A DNA stretch of 62,876 bases, the filler included, from Nemertoderma westbladi (lineage: Eukaryota > Animalia > Xenacoelomorpha), in the NCBI GenBank assembly GCA_032718475.1. It is 3 parts of 3 records of this genome, joined end to end, with 100 filler letters (N's around TTAATTAATTAA, not from the genome) between each part and the next. Parts side by side here need not be neighbours in the genome. Positions count along the whole stretch, not along the records: positions 31,851 to 50,967 come from JAUCBJ010006553.1; 2 more parts are not named here. One strand, 5' to 3'. Position 1 is the stretch's first letter. Each line of letters opens with the position of its first letter. A model generated the notes under the pieces. That model was not told the origin of the DNA. It searched no databases and was given only the letters and a program-made list of their open reading frames with translations. Below are positions 32,934 through 42,971 of the stretch, piece after piece. The translations under genes and the position numbers were made by a program.

Positions 32934-34344
32934 ATGCATCTAACTACGTGTACTGGTATTACTGCCTGTTCTGGTAACCCAGTAGACAATGGACCTCAGA
33001 GTGACTACCCAAGAAAGGTGAATTTCGTAATGGATAAGAGAGATGGTCCATCTCCAATCACCACCAACAAACCAATACTCAAGTTGCCAAGGTAATCAAA
33101 CTACTTATAAATAGTGTGTAGGTTAATCAAGTGGTAATAGTCTCTGCTTTCCAATGTTGTTGAGGAGACAGTAACAGCCTAAACGTGAGTCAAAAACTTT
33201 GATTTTTTGAGGCCATTCCGGCATTCCCCGTAGATGTGTTTAGTGTGCGTCTAGGTCTATTGTACCGGTAAATAGGACCTAGGGGCCTACTGTATAGTGT
33301 ATAGTCAACCAATAGCCGAAAACTACAACCGACAATTAGAATAAAAACGAAACTGTTAAAGTGTGCTCGTGTTTTTACTCTGGTTTATTGTCTTGGTTGG
33401 AATAAACTGTCACTGTATAACATGTTTATTTCTCTTAACATTAATAAAGTTTGTCGGCTGTTGTAGGCCCTATCGTTTATCCACTGTCGGCATATCATAA
33501 ACACCTCGAAGACTACTACCGTTATTACTATTGATTAACTTTATCAATTTTGGCTTATATAGATCTGCGGACAATGTCTCAAACATAATGGCCGGTTGGG
33601 ACAGAGTTTCCAAGGGAACACAAGCTTCCGGGGACGAGCGTCCGTATGACAATACCCTCCCGAGGTCCTTGATAAAGCGGAGAGTGGAACCAGAGCCGTT
33701 GAACCAACGATCAAAGTAAGAAATCCTTTAATTGTTCAAAATCACATTTTTAATGAATCGTAACATTACGGACTCCACACCCAAATGATTATTTAACTTC
33801 CAATTACTTTCATCTATCATGTAATTAAAATTGTTTGATCTTTTGTTTAATGTTAATAAGATAGAACAGGTACCCGGCGTATCAAACAGCTACATAATTA
33901 TAGTGTACTACCCCAACAATATTATTCTACTGTAGTACAGTATTATCGTCAATCATCATTGAATAAGATAAACCTAAATATTTAGGGAAAAGAGCAGGTT
34001 ACAATGGCTGCATTTTCTAACCAAAGCACTAAACTAAATTTAATGAACTCGTAGTTACTCTATGTATTAGATAAAGTTGTAATTTTTCAATTAAAAAATC
34101 TCCCCAATCAGCACCCTATTTGGAAGGCTGAATCCTAATTACTGTAGAAATATGTAATCTAAAGTACTAAACTGTATATATTGTAACTTTTAGAATACTC
34201 CAAGATGCTTTCAACACGCCCTCTGGCTACAATAAACGGTTTAGAGTTATCCCATCGTCCGTAAGCAATGCTCCAGCTATTACTAGGCGGCGTGATATCG
34301 AAGCAAAGGAGAATTATACAAGAGATAGCAAGCATGTAGACCAG
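32934..34344 (+). CDS. Candidate exons of an unidentified gene: 32934-33091, 33563-33715, 34194-34344
   Basis: Three higher-GC islands with GT/AG boundaries that join in phase (2, then 2-2, then 2-0) into one open frame: ...KPILKLPR|SADNVSNIMAGWDR...NQRSK|ILQDAFNTPSGYNKRF...KHVDQ. No recognisable domain. Confidence 0.45.
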
Positions 34345-34479
34345 GTTGGTGTAGAAATTTATATACAGTATATGGCTATAAGATAAACAAGCGCCAAATC
34401 TCACAAAGCGCGTCTACTAACGCATGAACTGTCTCCTCCTTGAATGGCTTACTACCAATCTTACAACAAAAAACATTCA

Positions 34480-34552
34480 GAAGAATGGGGGGATTGAACT
34501 CGGTACCTAGGGATGGCAAGTTCCACGCTCTGCCAACTGAGCCACTGGGGCC
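34480..34552 (-). mobile_element. tRNA-like head (SINE or tRNA pseudogene)
   Basis: GGCCCCAGTGGCTCAGTTGGCAGAGCG...GAGTTCAATCC has A and B boxes and a D-arm, but the acceptor and T stems do not pair. Confidence 0.6.
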
Positions 34553-34980
34553 GTATTAAACCTTAATAGCAAAACTTAACGAGAAATTAACAACACCAAC
34601 AACAACAAAAACAACAACAACAACAACGGAGTGAATACTAGAGGTCTCGCTACGCGGACCTAAAAACTGATTAACAGTTTACCATGGCTGATATAGGGCT
34701 GCCACTCTGGCACAGTTCGTGAAGGCATCGCATGAAAGTCATGAGCTGCGCACCACGCTTATGAATAACAAAAGTCAGAGATATTCGCATATTTCGTAAA
34801 GGTCAATTTAGCATGGGTGTAAACCATAGGCGTCGCCCACAACCTCTGACTCAACCACTGAACCTGAGGGGGGGGGGGGGGGGGGGGGGTAACCAAAATA
34901 ACCAACGAGAATCAAGAGCAACGGGTTTCAGATTTGTCGTTGTAGCGTTTATACCCAGAAAGCATATATTTTATGTCTTA

Positions 34981-35287
34981 AGCCCCGTTCACATCCAACG
35001 GTGCGTGAGCGGTAAAGTAGTCTAGCGGTATTGAAGCGGTAAGCCAGCGGTACACTACCCGGAGCCCGTTCACACCCAACGGTACCGTTGCGGTAACTGA
35101 TTGTCTATCTGTGGACTGTGAATTGAACAGGAAATTACATTAATTGTTTTAACATTGTTTAAATGGGCTGCGGTAAACCGCGCGGTTTAGCGCACAACTA
35201 CCTGTTGGGTCGTTCAAAGTCAGCGGTGTACCGCTGGCCCTGCGGTAAACCGCGCGGTGTACCGTTCCGTTGGATGTGAACGGGCCT
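34981..35287. mobile_element. PIF/Harbinger-type MITE
   Basis: 21-bp TIR AG(C/G)CCCGTTCACATCCAACGG with TTA/TAA flanks and internal GCGGTA/TACCGC repeats. Confidence 0.8.
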
Positions 35288-35324
35288 TAACGAAGGAAGT
35301 CTACCTGTAGGCAAGTTTATACCT

Positions 35325-35397
35325 GCCCGGTTAGCTCAGATGGTAGAGCGTGGGACTTTTAATCCTAAGGTCAAGGGTTCAATCCCCTTATCTGGCG
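35325..35397 (+). tRNA. tRNA-Lys(UUU), one acceptor-stem mismatch
   Basis: 73-nt cloverleaf with anticodon loop CTTTTAA, A/B boxes and a downstream T6 terminator. C4:T69 mismatch. Confidence 0.85.
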
Positions 35398-36436
35398 AAA
35401 CATTTTTTGTATATATTCTCAGGGACACACTGCGTAAAACGCGTTGAATATGAATTCTAACAGTCATGAATATTTTTTGGCATATAATATTATATTGCAA
35501 ATTTTGTAATCAAAATGTTGTTTATTATATCGAAAATCGATTATATCGAATACAGTAATACACGAGTGGGAACTTCATGCAGCAAAAGCTGCAAGCCATC
35601 TTAGCGAACAATTATAATTATACTATGGCTAGTTAAATTCCTCGAACAACCGCTAACAGTCGCTGTGCAACATCAATTTTGCAGGTGAAAGCAAGATGGT
35701 AAGGGAAGTTGCAGGATGCCTCTGAGGACAAGTAAACTAGAAATACTCAGAGTTTATTGGCTACTGGGACTCTGTGTTCAAGGAAAATGAAATAATGAAT
35801 TTAATGAATTAATTAAAGGAAAATTATGACTTCCGACAAACTGACACACACCACACACCCACACACAGACTTTTGGAAAACAGCCATAGTATAATTATAA
35901 CAGTTCGCTGATGGCTCGCAGGTTTGACTCGCCCCACAGAGATATTCCTATAATTCGAATTGTAGGTTAATATAAAATGTTATAATCTTGAAATAATTCT
36001 GGGCGCGTTAGTACTTGCCCGTTTAGCTCAACCAGAATACGCTCTGGGACTGTGGTATAAGCCAGTAGTGTTGTAGAACAAAAGTGGTAGCCCTCAACAG
36101 AATACAAGTAAAAAGATCTGAATTTCTATTGGTTGTTATAAATAACCTACATTCCCAAGCATCTTAGCAATGGTATGAGGTATGGTAATTAATGATGATG
36201 TTTACTAACTCGCCTTTGTGAAGTTTCTCAGGATTCCCATTCCCAGCAAAAAAAACACATTGGAAAGGAATTTGGCCTATTCACTATCACTGGACAACTT
36301 TAGCATTTTCGACCATATTCCCAAAAAGTCTGGGAAAGTTCACATGTAGGTTTTATTTTATATTCACGTGCTGCGCGAAGCCCTCTTTTTTTGAGGAGGA
36401 TGGTCTGTTCATCAGTCGGTCGGACGGTGATTGAGA

Positions 36437-36890
36437 AAGTGGGTGGGTGGGAAGGTGGGGAGATGGGAAAGTAGGTGGGTGGGAAGATGGGTGGAGGGGA
36501 ATCTGGGAAGATTGGACTGTGGGTGGGTGGGAATATGGGAATGTGGGAAGGTGGATGGGAATGCCGGAAGGTGGATGGGAATGTGGGAAGGTGGGTGGGA
36601 AGATGGGAATGTGGGAAGATGGATGGGAATGTGGGAAGATGGGTATGTGGGAACGTGGATAGGAATGTGGGAAGGTGGGTGGGAAGAAGGGAATGTGGGT
36701 GGTTGGGAATGTGGAAAGATGGGAATGTGGGAAGGTGGGTGGGAAGGTGGGTGGGAAGGTGGGTGGGAAGGTGGGTGGGTGGGACCATGGGAATGTGGGT
36801 GGATGGGAATGTGGGTAGATGGGAAGGTGGGTGGGTGGGAAGATGGGAATGTTTGAAGGTGGGTGGGAATGTAGGAATGTGGGAAGCTGA
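36437..36890 (+). repeat. G-rich compound tetranucleotide satellite, unit 1
   Basis: Strings of GGGA/ATGT/AGAT/AGGT/GGGT/GGAT. Confidence 0.95.
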
Positions 36891-37025
36891 GGTAAGGCAA
36901 CTACCTATTGGGTCGTTCACAGTCAGCGGTGTACCGCTGGCCCTTCGGTAAACCGCGCGGTGTACTGTTGTTGGATGTGAACGGGCCTTAACGAAGGAAG
37001 TCTACCTGTAGGCAAGTTTATACCT

Positions 37026-37098
37026 GCCCGGTTAGCTCAGATGGTAGAGCGTGGGACTTTTAATCCTAAGGTCAAGGGTTCAATCCCCTTATCGGGCG
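37026..37098 (+). tRNA. tRNA-Lys(UUU), intact
   Basis: All four stems pair (GCCCGGT/ATCGGGC, GCTC/GAGC, TGGGA/TCCTA, AAGGG/CCCTT). TTT anticodon and T6 terminator. Confidence 0.93.
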
Positions 37099-38139
37099 AA
37101 ACATTTTTTGTTTATATTCTCAGGGACACATTGCGTAAAAGTAAAACGCGTTGAATATGAATTCTAACAGTCATGAATATTTTTTGGCATATAATATTAT
37201 ATTGCAAATTTTGTAATCAAAATGTTGTTTATTATATCGAAAATCGATTATATCGAATACAGTAATAAACGAGTGGGGCCTTCGTGCAGCAAAAGCTGCA
37301 AGCCATCTTAGCGAACAATTGTAATTATATTATGGCTAGTTAAATTCCTCGAACAACCGCTAATAGTCGCTGTGCAACATCAATTTTGCAGGTGAAAGCA
37401 AGATGGTAAGGGAAGTTGCAGGATGCCTCTGAGGACAAGTAAACTAGAAATACTCAGAGTTTATTGGCTACTGGGACTCTATGTGTTCAAGGAAAATGAA
37501 TTAATGAATTTAATGAATTAATTAAAGGAAAATTATGACTTCCGACAAACTGACACACACCACACACCCACACACAGACTTTTGGAAAACAGCCACAGTA
37601 TAATTATAACAGTTCGCTGATGGCTAGCAGGTTTGACTCGCCCCACAGAGATATACCTATAATTCGAATAGTAGGTTAATATAAAATGTTATAATCTTGA
37701 AATAATTCTGGGCGCGTTAGTACTTGCCCGTTTAGCTCAAGCAGAATACGCTCTGGGACTGTGGTATAAGCCAGTAGTGTTGTAGAACAAAAGTGGTAGC
37801 CCTCAACAGAATACAAGTAAAAAGATCTGAATTTCTATTGGTTGTTATAAATAACCTACATTCCCAAGCATCTTAGCAATAGTATGGTAATTAATGATGA
37901 TGTTTACTAACTCGCCCATGTGAAGTTTCTCAGGATTCCCATTCCCAGCAATAAAAACACATTGGAAAGGAATTTGGCCTATTCACTATCATTGGACAAC
38001 TCTAGCATTTTCGACCATATTCCCAAAAAGTCTGGGAAAGTTCACATGTGGGTTTTTTTGATATTCACGTGCTGCGCGAAGCCTTCTTTTTTTTGGAGGG
38101 GGGTGGTCTGTTCATCAGTCGGTCGGACGGTGATTGAGA

Positions 38140-38580
38140 AAGTGGGTGGGTGGGAAGGTGGGGAGATGGGAAAGTAGGTGGGTGGGAAGATGGGTGGAGG
38201 GGAATCTGGGAAGATTGGACTGTGGGTGGGTGGGAATATGGGAATGTGGGAAGGTGGATGGGAATGTGGGAAGGTGGATGGGAATGTGGGAAGGTGGGTG
38301 GGAAGATGGGAATGTGCGAAGATGGATGGGAATGTGGGAAAATGGGTAGGAAGACGGGAATGGGTGAAGGCGGATGGGAATGTGGGTGGTTGGGAATGTG
38401 GAAAGATGGGAAGGTGGGTGGGAAGGTGGGTGGGTGGGAAGATGTGAATGTGGGTGGATGGGAATGTGGGTAGATGGGAAGGTGGGTGGGTGGGAAGATG
38501 GGTATGTGGGAGGATGGGAATGTGGAAAGATGGAAATGTTTGAAGGTGGGTGGGAATGTAGGTATGTGGGAGGCTGAGGC
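38140..38580 (+). repeat. G-rich compound tetranucleotide satellite, unit 2
   Basis: Same words and same starting sequence as unit 1. Confidence 0.95.
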
Positions 38581-38674
38581 AAGGCAACTAACTACCTGTT
38601 GGGTCGTTCACAGTCAGTGGTGTACCGCTGGCCCTGCGGTAAACCGCGCGGTGTACCGTTCCTTTGGATGTGAA

Positions 38675-39761
38675 TTTTTTTTGCATTGCAGCAATCAGAT
38701 CAGTATACGATGGTTCGACAACATTTGTGTCTACTGTTGACAGTGACACAGAACCATTTGAAGTGTTATGGGGCGTCCTCCAAGGAGACACACTTGCACC
38801 ATTCTTGTTCATTATTGTGGTTGACTATGTTCTACGCATGTCCTTAGATCATCATAATGATGATGGGGTGATGATAACTCCACCTACTAGCTCCAGAAGT
38901 CGAGGAAATCCTGCCAAGTACCTAACTGATCTAGACTTTGCTGATGACTTAGGAGTACTCTCAGAATCATTAGAGGGAGCCCAACGGCTCCTCAGCTCAT
39001 TAGAACATGCTGCTTCTAGTGTTGGTCTTTTTATTAACTCCAGAAAGACCAAAATTCTGACAGTTAACTTTGAAAGTCCTCAGCAAGTCTCTGATCGGAT
39101 GAGCATAAGCTCAAAGGATGGTATGCTTGAGCATGTGGACGACTTCTGTTACCTGGGATCCTGGATCCGGAAGTCAGGTGAGGACCTTCGAATACGTAAG
39201 GGAAAGGCATGGGCAACCTTGAATAGGCTTTCCAGGATTTGGAAGTCACCGAGAATTAATCGGAAACTTAAGGTCCGATTATTTAGAGCAGCAGTAGTTC
39301 CAGTACTCCTCTACGGGAGTCCATGCTGGGCTCTAACTGCTGAGGACACCAAATCTCTGGATGGCACATTCACAAGAATGCTACGCCGGGTTCATTGTGT
39401 CAAGTACAATGCACACATCTCCAACCAGACACTATATAACATTGGAGGTGTCTCATTGGTTCTCCCAAGCTTGACACTAGAACAAAATCGCCTCCGCTTT
39501 GCAGGACATTGCTTTTGCCGTGAGGACCAGCCAGTGCATAATCTTGTACTTTGGCAGCCTCATGGAGTGAATAAGCATGGTGGACAGCCCATGACTTTCT
39601 TGAGACGCATCTTAAAGGACACTGGCCTTAAAGATGCGGATGATCTAGCAAATGTCATGGGTGATAGGGAGTTGTGGCGGTGCAATTTTGTTGACAAGCC
39701 GGCACAGCATTCTTAAAAATGCAGCTGCAATGCAGCATGCCGATCCTAGTAGTAGTAGTAG
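38675..39761 (+). mobile_element. 5'-truncated RTE-clade LINE with open RT C-terminal frame
   Basis: GVLQGDTLAPFLF, DLDFADD and YLGS motifs, (TAG)5 tail, 11-bp TSD TTGGATGTGAA (38664-38674, 39762-39772). Inserted in the MITE TIR. Confidence 0.95.
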
Positions 39762-39875
39762 TTGGATGTGAACTGGCCTTCACGAAGGAAGTCAAGTTCA
39801 CATCCAACTACTACATCCAAGAACTGGCCTTCACGTCACGAAGGTAGGCAAGTTTATACCTGCCCGGTTAGCTCA

Positions 39876-41866
39876 GGCAGAATACCTAAGGACTGTGGTA
39901 AATCTAAGGTTGAGAGTAGGCTAGAGCTAAGGTCGCGAGTAGCGTGGAGGTGAGGAAGGGAGTAGCTTGCTTAGGTGGATGGTAGGAAAAACCCGGCTTT
40001 CTATTGGCTGTTATAAATAGCTTACATAGTTTAAACTATATAGTAGTTCCCCTGGTTGAGGAGATGGGAAATCATGTACTGGGATAGGCTGCTATGTTAA
40101 CCTAGCAAAACAACTAAACTTTTAATTAATTATTGATTACAGGCAAGGATTTGGAAGGAATTTTTTACTTTCATCAAAGGTTTGCGTTTAATTAAACGAG
40201 TATCAGTTAATCGTGTTATATTGACAAATAAATTATCATATTACAAATATATTATCTAGTTTTCTAGACTTATGAGTAAATAATAAACTTTCTATAATAT
40301 GTCATGACTTCAAATGCATCCACGAATACCGTGTTTTGATATGGGAATTAGCAAAGGAGACCTGCCATTTAGCGGGGGGGGGGGGGGGAGGGGGGGGGGG
40401 TCATTTTTGGGGGTTTTAGAGTATGTAGTTGTATTCCTAGGTTTTTGTACTACATATGGTGTTGATCGTGTGGGTGGACCACCGAACAGTTGCGAATTTT
40501 AGACTAAAGAAGACAATTGTTTAAAATTTATTGTTTATTTGGTAATCCGATACTCACATTGCACATATAGAGTAAGATATTCAGTATATTGTATAATTAC
40601 AATATTAAAAGTTAAGTTACAATAATAATACTTTGGACAATGGTGTGGCTAGTACTATATAGCACAATGTATTGTCTGGGAGTGCCGGGCAGGTAGGGGT
40701 GGTGTCCAGTGCTTGCAAAAAAAGGGGGGGGGGGGGGGGGGGGGTGGTATTACTATTATGTGAATTGTGAGGTGTGAGATTGTTACTGTTGTTGCTGATA
40801 GGGAAATAAATAATTATCCTAAGTTAATCTCCAGCGCAATCAATTGTTGCACTGGAGTTCCGATGCTGATCCAGGTATATAAAACTAAACTAAATGAGTC
40901 GAGATAGGAAATACATAAAATATAAAATATTGGATGGAAAAGGTTATGGAAAATTGGTAAGATCTATGTTTTATTGATTGTTTACAGTGTACTTTAATTT
41001 AATATTTTAGAAGGTGACCTATTTCGAAAAGGGTACTGTATTTTAGATTTTTTATGTTTTACGTCAGCAGAGGAATCAGAGTTCCATATCGTTGGCCCTG
41101 AAAAATAATTATTACTGTTTGGAAATTATTGGAAAACTAATGGATCTTTGAGATGAGCATTGAGCATATCCTTGCCTTAAGGCCTGTTTACACGTGGCAA
41201 CTTTTAGAGCAACTTTCTCGGCAACTTGTAGAGCAAACCAGGTTGCCGATCAAGTTGATCCTTGTAAACACGTAAAAAAGTTGCCGTAAAAGTTGCTCAA
41301 CTTTTAAGGCAACTTGAAGGAATTTGCGTTGGCGAATTAAAGCGGGATAATCAAATTAAATTATCAAAAACTAGCTAGTAGATAAAATGACCCACTATTT
41401 TACAGTTAAACTCGCTCTAAAAGTTGATCTAAAAGTTGCCGGCCATGTTGCTGGTAAAGTTGCCACGTGTAAACAGCGATTAAATTAAGTTGCTCCAAGA
41501 AACGTTGCTAGTTGCCGAGAAAGTTGATCTAAAAGTTGCCACGTGTAAACAGACCTTTAGGGGTAGAATAGCTTACGTTGATAGTTAGACGTAAAGGATA
41601 ATATATTATCTGTTGAATAAGTTAAATTTGTATAAGTTACTGTATAATGTACAATGCTCTATATGTATATTACATGTTCAAATACTGTATAATATTAATA
41701 TTGATGTTTCAATATTTACAAAGTATAATAATTCTAATAAAAATATGTAGGGTAGAAAAATACATTATTGCGTTTTTCCTTTCTCTCTGCGTTTTTCCTC
41801 CCTCTCTGGTCATTTTTTCGCGTAATTCTTTTCCCCCCTTGTTTACAGTCTGTTTTACCCCAGCCC
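39876..41866 (+). mobile_element. Non-autonomous element inserted in the tRNA A-box (Dada-like or unclassified DNA transposon)
   Basis: TAGCTCA duplicated on both sides. Imperfect inverted ends GGCNG-N10-GACTGT. No long ORF and no poly(A) or simple-repeat tail. Confidence 0.8.
41180..41556. mobile_element. PIF/Harbinger-type MITE nested in the tRNA-inserted element
   Basis: Long TIR AGG(C/T)CTGTTTACACGTGGCAACTTTTAGA; TTA TSD at 41177-41179 and 41557-41559. Confidence 0.9.
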
Positions 41867-42971
41867 TAGCTCAGATGGTAGAGCGTGGGACTTTTAATCC
41901 TAAGGTCAAGGGTTCAATCCCCTTATCGGGCGAAACATATTTTGTTTATATTCTCAGGGCACACTGCGTAAAACGCGTTGAATATGAATTCTAACAGTCA
42001 TGAATATTTTTTGACATGTAATATTATATTGCAAATTTTGTAATCAAAATGTTGTTTATTATATCGAAAATCGATTATATCGAATACAGTAATACACGAG
42101 TGGGAACTTCATGCAGCAAAAGCTGCAAGCCATCTTAGCGAACAATTATAATTATATCAAGGCTAGTTAAATTCCTCGAGAAAACGCTAACAGTCGCTGT
42201 GCAACATCAATTTTGCAGGTGAAAGCAAGATGGCAAGGGAAGTTGCAGGATGCCTCTGACGACAAGTAAAGCTAGAAATACTCAGCGTTTATTGGCTACT
42301 GGGACTCTGTGTTCAAGGAAAATGAATTAATGAATTTAATGAATTAATTAAAGGAAAATTATGACTTCCGACAAACTGACACACACCACACACCACACAC
42401 AGACTTTTGGAAAACAGCCATAGTATAATTATAACAGTTCGCTGATGGCTCGCAGGTTTGACTCGCCCCACAGAGATATTCCTATAATTCGAATAGTAGG
42501 TTAATATAAAATGTTATAATCTTGAAATAATTCTGGGCGCGTTAGTACTTGCCCGTTTAGCTCAACCAGAATACGCTCTGGGACTGTGGTATAAGCCAGT
42601 AGTTTTGTAGAACAAAAGTGGTAGCCCTCAACAGAATACAAGTAAAAAGATCTTGATTTCTATTGGTTTTTATAAATAACCTACATTCCCAAGCATCTTA
42701 GCAATGGTATGAGGTATGGTAATTAATGATGATGTTTACTAACTCGCCTATGTGAAGTTTCTCAGGATTCCCATTCCCAGCAAAAAAAACACATTGGAAA
42801 GGAATTTGGCCTATTCACTATCACTGGACAACTTTAGCATTTTCGACCATATTCCCAAAAAGTCTGGGAAAGTTCACATGTAGGTTTTTTTTTATATTCA
42901 CGTGCTGCGCGAAGTCCTCTTTTTTTTGAGGGGGGTGGTCTGTTCATCAGTCGGTCGGACGGTGATTGAGA

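Larger units (their letters stand above)
39862..41932 (+). pseudogene. tRNA-Lys(UUU) split by an insertion (nt 1-14 at 39862-39875; nt 8-73 at 41867-41932)
   Basis: Removing the insert and one TAGCTCA copy restores a sequence identical to the 37026 tRNA, with the same upstream and downstream flanks. Confidence 0.9.

Noticed and set aside
33110-33216. Possible Rab3 exon 1 (minus strand MASKNQSF*LTFRLLL...)
   Set aside because: In-frame stop, no GxxxxGKT motif and no phase-2 donor. Likely a chance resemblance.
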